NCBI RefSeq assembly: GCF_009914755.1
Contig: NC_060934.1
From: the human T2T-CHM13v2.0 reference genome, Homo sapiens
DNA length: 64,000 nt
Reading direction: 5' to 3' (one strand)
Below the pieces are notes generated by a model that worked only from the letters and a program-made list of their open reading frames with translations, ran no database searches and was not told where the DNA came from. Below, piece after piece: positions 1 to 12,099 of the stretch. A program made the position numbers and the translations under genes. Every line of letters starts with the position of its first letter. Position 1 is the first letter of the stretch.

Positions 1-65
1 GTTGCAGTGGGCTGAGATCGTGCCACTGTACTCCAGCCTGGGTGAGAGAGACTCTGTCTCAAAAA
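1..65 (+). mobile_element. Alu 3' end (right arm and short A tail), cut by the window edge
   Basis: GTTGCAGTGGGCTGAGATCGTGCCACTGTACTCCAGCCTGGGTGA...GACTCTGTCTCAAAA matches the Alu right-arm terminus. Confidence 0.95.
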
Positions 66-89
66 GCCAAAACATAAAACCACAAACCA

Positions 90-430
90 GCTCCTTCTTT
101 AGTCCATGTCTTTCTTTTTATATTTATCAGTGGCAGCTAGCATTTGTCTAGAAACTTTCTCAGCTGAATCTACAAATTCACTTGTTCACAGGTGACGGTG
201 CTGTCAAACTTTCTACCTACTATATAACAAAAGTCCCTTTTGTTCCTGCCTCCAATAACATTTTCTTCATTGTCCTTCAAAACTGACCAACAAATTCCCC
301 TTTCATTAACCATCACTGAGGCCCTTTTAGCTTTTGCTTGTTCCCAAAGCCACTAGCATAGATTTAGAGTTTTTATTATGGCAGCAGTCCGTTTCCAGGC
401 ACTGGATTCTGTTCTGGTTGTCTATTGTTA
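90..430 (-). mobile_element. Probable MaLR (MLT1) internal-sequence remnant with start of LTR
   Basis: Ends ...ttcccaaagccac...ttatggcagcagtccgtttccaggcac...tgttctggttgtctattg, resembling a MaLR internal/LTR junction; very diverged. Confidence 0.4.
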
Positions 431-859
431 GAAGTGAATGACTGATGGCAGCTGATCTACAGGCACCTGTTTTCATCAATCAATTTCAGCACAGCTTCTA
501 CCTTGATATCCCATCAATGTTGACTACATATGCTGTTACTGTCCATTGTTTTGTAGTGATGGAGCAGAAAAATTATTGTCCAAGGTAACATGAGGAGGGA
601 GGAAAAGCAGAATTTCAAGTCTTTCCATCAATCTATCCAGTCTCTCTATCCATTCCTCCATAGCAGTTTATGATACTTTCAATTTGCTTGGGTATTTTTT
701 GGGGGTGGGGGGAATGTCAGTTTAGCTACTCCTTGCTTCTCTCATGTCTGTAGTTCCTCCAAAGTTAATTTTGGGTGTGGGCTGATTTAGGAGCTAAGGA
801 AAAATATTAAAAAAGATATAGACCATGGAAATTTTAGTGGGGAAAACATATCATTGAAA

Positions 860-1930
860 ATCAAATATTATAATATAGTGTGCTAATTGATATGAAGAAG
901 GTAAGCACACTGCATTATGGGAGAATAAGGGACTCTCTTCCATATCAGACTTGGAGTTCATGGGAGGCTTTAGAAAGTGGCCAGGTAGGAGTTATAATGT
1001 AAGGCATGGTTTAGGCAAAGGGATTTCAGGTATAAAGACGTCTGTGAAAGAATGGTTTGAGATAGCATGAATTTTTTAGGGCCCTAAATGTAGTTCTGAA
1101 TTGTCTGGAATAAGGAATATATGCATGACAGTGGTTGGAGAAGTTAGAAGTAGGAGGGCCCTGATTATGTCATTCCAAGGAACGTGGATTTTATTATTTA
1201 GGAAAGTGAGTAATATTGATTTCAAGTAGGGAATTGTCGGGATTGGGTTTATATGTTTCAAATATTACATAGAAAGCAGTGTATGATTCTTGGGCTTCAG
1301 CAACCCTTACTTGCATGGGAACTTTCTAAAATCCTGGAATGGGTACTAGAAATGAGTTTTGTGGTCAACTGTTCTCATAAAACTTGCAAAAATAAGATAT
1401 TTTGAATGCAATGGTCTCTTTCTGGTATAATGTGCCTCCATTACACTTTTCCTAGGCTTTGGGTAGTTTTGCAAACTGGAGGAACTTTAGGATTTTTTTA
1501 GTCTGGGTTAAGCAATATATGTTAAAGTTGTCTGTGGTCACTTCTGTGTATAGCGAAGTTACTGGTCATTCTGGTATAGAAATGGCTTCTGGTAATACTC
1601 TTAATGCCCATGGTGCCTACCCATCCAACAGTTACCACCGAAAGACCTAGGGCCAAAGGTCATCTCGTCACATACATGTGTATTCATGATTTTGTTTTTC
1701 TTAAAGAAGGTCCCTAAACCATATAAACTTCAAGAGCTACAAACCAGGATCTTTACTTGGAGCAATGCCAAACAGGACCCAAGAGTATGCTAGTATTAAA
1801 TTTGTTTAACCCGTGAAAGATGAGGGCCTGAAGCAAGGCAGTGGCCATGCATATGGAAGAGAAGAGTCAAGATACAAGAAGCACAAAGGGAGTCCAACCT
1901 ATGGCACTTGGCCATTGCTTTGACTTGGAG
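860..1930 (-). mobile_element. L2 fragments interrupted by a hAT-family DNA transposon relic (about 1280-1752, MER53-like end)
   Basis: L2-like purine-rich blocks on both sides; 1690-1752 TTCTTAAAGAAGGTCCCTAAACCATATAAACTTCA...CCAGGATC resembles the MER53-type terminus. Confidence 0.45.
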
Positions 1931-2199
1931 GTCCATTCACAGAGAAAGACCAGTAGGGAAATCGTGTTTGATGGACTGAATCCTGCTTCGGGCTTGTTGT
2001 TCTATTAATGGACAAATAGAGGAAAATGCTGGTCTGTAGTGTAGCTAAGCACCCAGGTGTTTAGGGGATCCGATTTGCTATATTTTCCATTCTCTGGAGG
2101 CCACTTACACGCTTTTTTTTTGACCCTCACTTTCCTGTCCTGAGGCCATGAAACAGCAGCCAGCTTTTCAGTCTCAGAATTTCCCAGGAGCCCTTCAAC

Positions 2200-2700
2200 C
2201 CCTGAGATGCCCACTCGGGACAGAGGGCACAGGCGCGATGGGGCTCTCACCTTGCCTGGTCTGCGATGGGACACGTGGGTCCTTAGGTGTTGGATCTTTG
2301 CGTCCCTTTCAGCGGCAGGATGCTCTTCCCCACAAAGAGAGGGTTTTCTTTCTGTTATATCCCCCAAACCTCCGCTTCCCCCCGACAGGAAGTCTACAGC
2401 GCCTTCCCCAGGGTTTTGTAAGTCTCTGGGCGCCCAGGCTTAGGCTGTAATGAAGAAGCCTCGTTGATTTCCCAGCTGGGAAACGTAGCTCATTATATTC
2501 CACGGTTTTGCACAAGCCTGGAATGCTTCACGGGCCGGGCTTGAGGTCTGCGGTGACTTTTTAGTTTCCATGTACGAACTTGGAATGAAGGGCGAAAGCT
2601 TTCAGTCAGTTGAGCTGCCTTTTTCTGAAGTCAGTTTTCTCCAGGGAAGGAAACGATCACAGTAATTGCAGCTTTTTATTTTCCAAGTTAGCCGATGTCT
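2200..2700. promoter_or_regulatory. CpG-rich, non-repeat, enhancer-like segment in intron 1
   Basis: About 21 CpGs in about 500 bp (hand count) in an otherwise CpG-poor window; E-box CACGTG 2272-2277, ETS CAGGAAGT 2386-2393, TEAD GGAATG 2520-2525 and 2582-2587. Confidence 0.5.
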
Positions 2701-2989
2701 GAGTAAGCTGGAAGATTTGAGATTTCCACTGTCTGGGAACTGGACTGCTATGGTAGGATTGTTGAGAAAAACTTGACCTCATTATAACCAACCATTGTGG
2801 AACGAGTAGAAATGCCTATTGATTAGTTTGCCAATTACAAATACTTTCTAAATAAGATATTCAAGAAAGATAACCAAAATGTAGTGGACAACAGTAGTCC
2901 GGTGAGAAGCTTTATGATACTGGTGATTTAGAGTGTGCTTATAAACCAGCTCTAATTATGCCTTGAACTGTGTTGAGTCAGAAATTTCA

Positions 2990-3265
2990 CCTCAGTGAGA
3001 TTTATCCTGACCACCCTTTAAAAAAATTTTAAAATTTTTCTATTTCATCCCCTTTATCTGCTGGAAGTTGTTTTCCCCATGGAACTTATTTTTTTTTTTG
3101 TATAGTATAATTTAATCATTTATTTTACCTATTTCTCTATCCCACACTAGAATTAAACTCTATGAAGGCAGGATTTTGTGTTCCTGCTTACTGATGCCTT
3201 TCAAAAACCAAGAACAATTCTGGCACATAGTAAGCACTCACTGAGTATCTACTGAATCAGTGAAA
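2990..3265 (+). mobile_element. L2 3' end
   Basis: ctagaattaaactctatgaaggcagg...ctggcacatagtaagcactca...tgaatcagtgaa, typical of the L2 3' terminus. Confidence 0.7.
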
Positions 3266-5004
3266 GAAAGTTATTTCCAAGGAGCATAAAGTAGAACCAG
3301 AAGTGGGCTTACATGATTGGATTAACTTTGGTGGAACCTACTTCGATTGAAAGTTCTGATAGTGAAAGCAGTCAGTAAGTCAACGAATGGTTATTGAAGC
3401 CCTACGTTACTCCAAGTGATAGCTTTCCAAATCCTCTAGAATTTAGCATCTACTGTCCATTAAACACTTTGGTCATTTTCAAAATGTCTTATGCCTTTTA
3501 CTGTTCCTTGGGGGTAGGTTTGCCTTTCTGTCGTGCATAGTGTTATCTTACAGTGATATGCACATACCAGACGATAAAAATTTGTTGAAAGAGGAAAGGC
3601 ATGAACTGGATTAAGGCATTAGGTTACTTGGAAATCCATTTATTTATCACATAAACATTTGTTTTATTGCGTTATGGCCCACAACAGTAATATTTTGCAG
3701 AATGGGGTCTATATATCTGAATGATCAGCGTGTTTTCTGTAATTTTTGTGTTTTCATTTCACTGATCATCTGGAAAATCAACTCAAACATATTCTGGATT
3801 ATCTGGATAAACCAAACACTGGCAGGAGGTTTTAGTGTCCCTATATATTTCTGTGTATGTTTTGAGCATGTAGGCACTAGGTAATGTAGTACTTTTCTCA
3901 CAGGTTAAAGAACAGAGGCAGACTGAAAAAATAAATGATTTATTCACCCCAAAGGAAGCCCAAGTGGCATTAAGCCATGCTGTTAGAATGCTTCACAGTA
4001 GTTTAAAAGGAGAAAAGAGATGAGAGAAATGAGTCATAAGATGTGTGGCAAAATAGGATTGTTGAACTAGCAGTCAGTACTATATTCCTGTTTTGAGAGG
4101 TGATTTTGTTTTGGCAAAGCATAATGTTTGGTTTTCTTAAATTAATATTTTAAATTTGGTTTTTGTCGGTTTTATACTTTTGTTTGCATTTATTTTGTAA
4201 TTGTGTGGGATTCTTTGTAGCTACAGGAGCTATAAAATCAGGAATTTGAGGCTACTTTTATATTTTATGTATATGAGTGATATCATAATGAAAAATTGTT
4301 TAAATTAGGGGTGTGGGGCCTCAAAAATGTGTTTTTACTTTGAGTAGTTTGTAGTGGGGTATATATACTTTACTTAAGTTTATGAAAAACTACATTATAA
4401 AGCTTCAGGGCCCAGGATGCAGAATACTTATTTCAATAAAGTCCATGTGTGATAGTGCAGTGTTGGACAGATATTTCTGCAGCAACTGCTGCTAGTGGTG
4501 CTGCTGGTGGTGAAAAATAGAAAGGAGGGAATCTTAGGAAAACAGAGAGAGAAAGTTGGCTGGAGGAAGTGGAGGAATTTTAGCCCAACTTGGAGCTTTC
4601 TTTGCAATTTAGCTTTTGACTGGCTCTGAATTTGTGAGTTGTCTTTCTTAGTGACACTTCTCAAATGGCTAAGTGAAATGCAGTCTCTTCGTTTCCAGAT
4701 TTAAAAGAAAAAAGAATGTAGTCATCATTTCTGTAGTGAGGCAAATCTCTGTTTAATGTGGAACACTGGGAGACCTAAAGAGCTGTTTAGAGTTATTAAA
4801 ATGAGAGATCAGAGGAAAGAGATGCTTATTTTCTGATACTGTCCTCCCTACTCAATCTTCCTAGCCCTGCAATGGGAAATAGAAGTAGAAAGAAATGAAC
4901 TGAAGGCTTTATTTTAATTTACTTTACTAGAAGGGGTTCTGAGAGCAAGTGTTATTTTAGAGTCACATTTTCTGCCATGTCTAGAGCAATATTGTCCTGG
5001 AGTT

Positions 5005-5095
5005 CAGGCAATCAACACATATTTATTGAGCACCTATTATGTACCAGGCATTATATAAGGAAGTGAAGACAGCTCCCTGCCTTTGGACTTACATA
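5005..5095 (-). mobile_element. L2 3' end fragment
   Basis: tcaacacatatttattgagcacctattatgtaccaggca. Confidence 0.65.
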
Positions 5096-5281
5096 AAGCC
5101 AATACTTAATGATTTTCCTATACTGTGTGTCTTCTCTTGGTGCACTTTGGTTGAATATGAGTAGGCAATTTGACAATTTTTGGCATGTTCTTTATGATAA
5201 TTTTCTAATTTCAAGCTTAAAATACAGAGAAATCATAAATGTCCAGATTAATTTGTTCTTTTTATCCTTTTCTATTTCTAG

Positions 5282-5387
5282 GGGTGTCATGAAAGTTGAC
5301 ATAAATCTTCAGAAAGTGGACATTGACCAATGCTCAAGTGATGGCTGGTTTTCAGGAACTCATAAATGCCACCTCAACAATTCAGAG
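5282..5387 (+). CDS. GPR158: GPR158 coding exon 2 (106 nt; class C orphan GPCR/mGlyR; end of Cache region and start of the Ca-binding EGF-like module DIDQC)
   Basis: Polypyrimidine tract plus ttctag| acceptor (AG 5280-5281) and GAG|gtaaga donor (GT 5388-5389). Phase 2 in, phase 0 out. The translation (R)GVMKVDINLQKVDIDQCSSDGWFSGTHKCHLNNSE matches the recalled human GPR158 sequence at about residues 301-336. Confidence 0.96.
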
Positions 5388-6309
5388 GTAAGAAGATGAA
5401 AATAAAATCCTCTTTAAGCTCAGGAATACATTATTTTGAATATGTTATATTTGTGTGGGTAAATGAACAAGAGGCATCTTACTGGGAAGAAAATCTATGT
5501 AGGTCTCAGTGCTGCCAAATGAACTAAAATAGGAGTAGAAAATAAAATTTGTATAGAATAACTGTTCGCTTGGGGACTGAAAGAAGGCCAAAACTACAAT
5601 TACATCTGAAGTTTGACTTTAGTCAAAGCCTGGCCCTATTCTTCAAAATGGGCTGGAAATTTAAAATAGTCCTGAGATGAGAAACCAGTCCCAGGAATGG
5701 TCAAAGAAATTATGACTGTTTTTATGGAATATGATGCTTATTGAAATATTGGTGGTATTCATTCAGACACACTGCTATCTGCTAGAAGAGCACTAGAGAA
5801 GGCATGGTGGGGCAATTTTGAAAACAAGGAGAAAACACTGTACAGGGTCCTGGAAAGGAATTGTGTATATGTGTGTGTATTTGTTCAGTTTTTAGTCCCT
5901 ATTCATGCTTGATTTGACGATACTCTGGTTAATAGGAAACAGGCATGGAGATCATGCTTCTGGAAATAAGACTATCACTTGTCTTTTGTAGTTTCAGAGA
6001 AGGAATATGATGACATACTAGTGATTTCATTTTTAGTAGTCCATTTCCAAGGTCCTCAAACTATGGAACAAACATACAATAAAGTTCTTGATCTTAAATA
6101 CTTGGGCTAGTCCAACATTGATTCCATGAGTTTGTGAGGAAAGTCAGCTTGCTTTATTTAAAATAGAGGGGATATTTCCACAAATGTAGTAATCTACAAC
6201 TTTAATTTGAATTTTTGCCATTTGTGAAAGGTGATTGTATATAGTGTAATTTTTAAGGAAGGAATTTTAAATCAGAAGGAAATTTAGCAATAAGCACTTA
6301 TTTGTGCCA

Positions 6310-6725
6310 TTACACAAATGCACAGACAGTTGCACAGGTATACATGCATGCATATACATGTATATACGCCCATTGAGTGTTTACCATGTATACACCCACC
6401 ACGCATACTCCTGCCACACACAACCCACATACCCCTGTACTCCCACACTCCCAACTATCTTTTCACTGTTTCTCACATCCGCCATACATTCCACACACAC
6501 TTCCACCCCGCCACCACACTCTCCACAGCATCCCTCAATCCTCTTGCCCCCAACCTGTAAGAAGCCCCCGTAATGCTCCCATATCCCTCTAAATCTATCA
6601 CATCTCTCCACCATATCCTGATGATCCCCCACTTCATCAATACATTCCCACAGCCCCCCCATTCCCTCACATCCACACACTTCCTCCCACATCTCCATAC
6701 ACCTCCACAGAGACTGCCATCCACA
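6310..6725. repeat. C/A-rich low-complexity tract (degenerate CA/CCAC repeats; G-rich on - strand)
   Basis: Runs such as cacacccaccac, ccacacacacttccaccccgccaccacac; source of several spurious overlapping ORFs. Confidence 0.8.
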
Positions 6726-9700
6726 GTTAATGTTTCTGCCTTGCTAACTCACAAAATTAAGCTCTTCTTTTTGTCTCCTTTAATTGTTCTTAGGGTTTTG
6801 AACATTTCTGAGCCTCCACTTCGGATGATTCTGGCATTTCTAAGATGTGAATTTCAATCGCTTGGCTTGGTGAATATCTTTAGCCTGATTATCATCTCTG
6901 TGCCAAATGTCTAGAGCAATATTGTTCTGTTAGGAGCAGATAGCCACTTAGCGTTGTCTTTTAGCCAGAATGGACTTTTTTCTGCATGGGTGTCATATTG
7001 TGGATATTGATCTGTGTGTGTTCATTTCTATATAGCCTTGTGTTAGTGGTGCTCCTGGGTGGTTCAATAAGCAGTCTGCCTAGAAACAAGGAGATACTTA
7101 CTTTTCAGTTTGTTACAGTTGCTGCTTGCTTCTAATAATCATGGTGTGGTTTTGTGTCCTTACAGCGCATCTGTTTATTTGACTAGATGGTCATACTGAA
7201 AGAACCTCTTTCTCCTTTTGGAAGATTGATTTATTTTCATTGCATCAGGATGATTAATTTTCTGGGTTTTGTGTCTTTTTAAAGCTTTGAAATAAACTAG
7301 GTTATTTCAAGATAAAATATCCTCTATTCTGATTAACAAAGTTTAGGTTGAAATTTATAACTTTTGGGATTATATATGGGAACATTATATTTATTACATT
7401 CCTACTGAAAAAAGTGGAAAAAATATTCTACAATTTCATTTGAAAATATTGTAGAAAGAGGCTGAGTGATCAAAAAGTAATATCAAAACAATGGATCTAC
7501 AGAGTGTATGTTCAACTTGCACTCTGTCATTCTCGCCCCCTTTCATTGCCCAGGTACTGGAGTTGGGAAGAAAGAATCTTTGTGTCGTGGGCTATGCTCA
7601 GGAGGCCCTCATGGGGTAGTCTTCCCTGCACAGGTCTGTCCTGGAACTCTTCACACATTGTATTGGGCTTCTCTAAGGTCGTATAGTTTGTGCTGGTCAC
7701 TCTAGGTACCTGCAACAGTTTTGGACCACATCCTCAGTGTAGTTACTGGGAATAGTCTTTCAATTCCTTTCCCATAGGGATGTGAGTTAGAGATTAGAAG
7801 CTGGCTTCTCTGGAGGTTTTTACTGCTTGGGAAAACAGAAAGAAACATGTCTCACTTGTGGCATTTTTCATGTGTTCTGGCTCTACTTTATTCTTTGTAA
7901 CAACCCCTCTGTTACCATCCCAAGGATCGCTGTGTAAACTGGCTTATTTTGGGAAGCACTTAACATCCACATTTGTAGGATGTAGGGTCCTGTCTTTATG
8001 AATGTCCACATCATTAGAAATAAAGACACTCATCTTGGTTTACAGTGGGTTTTATCTTGCTAATATTTAACATTCTTCTCCAGTAAACAATAGAGAAAGT
8101 TACAAATTTCAAAGTTATAAATGAGGCAAACTTTTCACTGTAAAAATTTTTCTAGCGATGTTGGAAAACTTTCCAGCCTCTAGGGTATGTACAACCAAAA
8201 TATCAGGTCTGATGTTGGAAACAGATAAGTGATATGGAACCAATGACAAAAGCCTCAGGAGCATTTTAGAAAGGCATGGAATGGTTTGTGAAGAAAATAA
8301 TCTCTCAGTGAGTTTAGGTCTTCACAAGGTCTAGGAGGCCACTAAGCATTTTTTGAAGGACATGTCTTAGTAACTAATCTAGATTACTGTAAAATAGATT
8401 TGGTCAGTTTTCACATCCTCTCCTACAGAATGGTTTAAACATAAAATTAATTCATATTAATTTTTGTTTTAAATATTTTCTTTTGCTTGTTTGAAGTGTA
8501 AAAAAACCATTGTTTGAAGTAGGAAATATTAGGAGAGTATCCTGGAAACTTTTTGGTTATATTCCATTAGTAAATACCTTTTAAACATCAGTCCAAGGTA
8601 TATATATATTTTAAATTTAGAGTGTATATACATCTTTTGTTATATTTTTATGTTAAGTATATTATAAATCAGAAAATTTTACAAGATTGAGATGAAGATG
8701 AAATAATATTTTAATATAAATTATATTACTTTGTTAAAAGAATTATATATTTATAGCAATATAATTGATTCATAATTCTATAAAATTTTTAGTGAGACTG
8801 TTATGATTATGTCACAATTTTTGAAAATCTTAGTTTAATACTTAGTAATGCAGTGATTCAGAGGTCTCTAAGTTCACTTTATTTTTATGCTTAGTTTTAA
8901 TATCTGTCATGGTTGAAAAAGATTCCTCACAAGGAGAAATCAGTCCAAATTGAAGTAATAAATTGTCAACTATGTTTGCTACCAATTTTTGCAGAGGTTT
9001 TCTTTACAGAGATACAGCTGGCAATTCTGCATCTTACTTGATGTCAATTGGTCCTCGCAAACTAATTCGAAACCTGGTCATTTTAATATTTTAAAGGAAT
9101 CGGTTAAAAACCCACTGAATCTCTTCATGTTAAATATATTAAAGCAGACTAGGACATTTTATTTCCAAGTTTAAACTGTAGAGGTGTGTGAATACTTATA
9201 GATTTTGGCAACAAAAACCACTTAACACTGAAAACATTTTCAAATATCCATTTTCAAAATGCTCACTTGAAAAGACTTTCTCATGGATTGTTAAAATGGC
9301 TTTGAAGGAATGGTTTTTGTTGTTGTTGTTTTTTAAATACCTGTTTCATAGACACTATTGATAACCAACCACTTGCCATCCCAGAACAGATCAGCAGATT
9401 TGGAACATTTGCCTTTTTTTTTTTTTTTGTATAAAGCAATGTATAACCCATCTTTAAGCTCAGAAGTGAGCAGTTCATTTTGAAATAATCAGAGAATCTT
9501 TATGGGGGAAGATTTTCTGGGTCACACAGCATCTCATGAAGAATCATAAATACTTTATACTTTAAAACAATACACTCTGAAAATGCATCTAAATGGCCAA
9601 ATATAAAGGCAATAAATGGAAAATTGAAGCAAATGAAGGAACCCAGTGACCAGTGTCAATGTTAATGTTTTTCTGTCTTGAAACTCCCAGTTTTCCTTCA

Positions 9701-10381
9701 GGATGTCTCAAGTGCATTCTCAGATGTGTGATCATGTAAAGTATAGATTGAGTGAGGGCATTAACATTAATCCAAGTCCTACATAAAACAAGGCTTAACA
9801 GCTTATGTTTCTTTTATTAAAAAGTTAAATGTAAACAGAAGTTCTAGTATTTTCTTTTTGCATGCCAATTAAAGTCGTGTTTATTCTGCTTTGGAGACCA
9901 CTTTTTGAAGATACCAGATTCACTGGAGTGGTTGTGTTATCACTCCAGTCATTGGTCTTATATTGCTCTAAGACAGTTTCCCATATCTCCTCTTTTCTAT
10001 GGAATGTATTGGGTGAAAATCTATTTGTAATTCTTTACTACTACATTAGATGTAGTTTAATGAATCTCTAAAGATAAATTTTAAAGAAGGCTAAAAAGGT
10101 AAGAAAACATATCATTTGGTATATGAGAAGAGGAATAGAATGCAAAGATTCAAAGAAAGCAGAAAAACCCTCTTACATACCAAATGTAACTTACTCATTT
10201 GACTACAGTGGGTTTAGAGTACTTTTCTAGAGATCTTTCATTTAGTTTAACTTTTCATTTACTGAATCACTTAGAAATAGCTATGTGTCAGTTCCATCTT
10301 GTGGCTGCTATCTCACCATTGCTCTTCTTTTCTCCAGAAAGTTTCTGTTTAACAAATACTATTGTTCACCTATCTCTAGAG

Positions 10382-10548
10382 CCATGCTGTCTAGTATGAT
10401 AGCCACTAGCCACATGTTGCTTCTGAAGTTTAAACCAATTAAACAAAATCAAGAAAGGAAGTTTCTGTCCTCACTAACCTGATTTCAAGCATTTAATAGC
10501 CCATGTAACTAGTGGCTACCATGTTGAAAAGTGCAGTGGACTGCTCTG
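10382..10548. mobile_element. MER3 (hAT-Charlie non-autonomous DNA transposon)
   Basis: atagccactagccacatg...tttcaagcatttaatagcccatgtaactagtggctaccatgttg, with inverted-repeat arms. Confidence 0.8.
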
Positions 10549-11502
10549 CCGTAGGATATAGTCTAGCTTATAGTGTAGTCAAGCCACACAGGCTTTTTAA
10601 AACTTTCAAATCCCTGAGTTTCCTTGTACACTTGTCAGTAACATTGCCTTAAAATTCACTGAGGGACATTTAAGAACAAACTTAAAATGAGTTTTGGCTT
10701 ATGCAATCTTCTTATGATTTGTATTAGTGCAATTGAAACTAAGTAATGAGAATGTTGCAAACTATTTTTAATGCCATTATTTCACACTGGAAACTGTAAT
10801 AGTCTCACAGTAAGTGAGGAGTAAACACTGGTAATCACTGTGGATATTTACATTTTAGTTGTATTTGTAGCACAACTTTTCTTTTCTCCTATTACTAGTG
10901 TGAAATGTGGTTATTTAATATAAAGTCACACTCTTCTTTTGGAATGTAGGACAATGATCAGGTGTTCATTTGTACCTAGAAACAGTACCTGACACTGTTG
11001 AATTAATGGAGATAATTTGCTGTTGTTAGATGGCCTCCCTCTAATGCATGGCCATCGCTTTTGACCAATTGCCTAAAATAAAATTAAACAAAATGTTTTT
11101 TGTAGTAGTTGCCTTTCAGGTATTTGAAGACTGCTGTTAGCTACCTTCTAAGTCTTCTTTCCTCTGTTTCAGTCACCCATCCCTGCTTTACCAGGCTTAG
11201 CCAAAGGAGGCCATATCACCACTGTATGGATGCTTATTTGTTTTTGGAGTTCTAAAGCCTATCTCATTTGATTTTGTTACAGTCTTTCTTTTTAAAATTA
11301 ATAGAAACCGATGGTATTTTTTTGAGTTTTCCACTATGCTCTCGAGGGTTATTTGGAATAGAGATTCTCGAATTGTTTCAAAGCTAGGGTTAGAAATCAC
11401 TGTGCTAAAACCACTGAGCTGGGGAGCCTAATAAGTCAGTTAAGGACAAGCTGGCTGTTTTAGATGTTCCCAGCAACTGAGCCAAGCGTTCACCAGTGGC
11501 TA

Positions 11503-11516
11503 TCGCCATCTTGTGG
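11503..11516 (-). promoter_or_regulatory. Candidate CTCF core motif (also contains a YY1-like AAGATGGCG)
   Basis: The - strand reads CCACAAGATGGCGA, a close match to CTCF consensus CCAS(Y/A)AGRKGGCRS; unique sequence with a retained CpG. Confidence 0.55.
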
Positions 11517-12099
11517 TTGGGGGAAAGAGAGAGAGAAAATCTGTAGTAGGAAATTAAGTGACATTAAACTATTTCTTTGTTGTCTAGACATCTCTTTTAC
11601 TATTAAAATACAATACATCTTTCCCTGCGTACAGTTTCAAGCTATTTGTGTGTTGTATTCTGGTTAAATACTAAACCACTGTTTCCATCACTGTCTCATG
11701 CAACCCAGTTCTGACTTTAGTCTATTCACATATAATTAGGTGTACTAGGCCTCTCTCTTTGAGGACAGTTTACAAGTTTGCTAAACTATTATTCTTAGTA
11801 ATTTTTCTTCTTATTATTATGGTTAATAAGGTATAGGCTATTTTTTCCATGGGATACCTTTTATAACATTATTTCAAATTCATTATTTTAGGTCCTAGGG
11901 ATACAGTGGTGAATAAGACAGAGGAAATTTATAATTTAAAAGATATCATTGCATTCTAGAGGGAACCAGAGAACTTAGAAATATACCAATTGACTTTAAC
12001 TTTTTTATGTACTAAATTTTCTAGGTGATATGTACTAAAATATCGTATATTAATTTCTGAGACACAAGACTAGTCATAAAAGAGAAGTCTTCACACATA

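Noticed and set aside
2005-2515. Four overlapping ORFs of 68-120 aa
   Set aside because: No recognisable protein; expected from locally high GC, which gives few stop codons
5109-5281. N-terminal part of ORF 5109..5399
   Set aside because: Intronic read-in through the polypyrimidine tract; only 5282-5387 is bounded by splice sites and matches GPR158
6304-6914. Cluster of His/Pro/Thr- and Gly/Val-rich ORFs
   Set aside because: Artefact of the C/A-rich low-complexity tract
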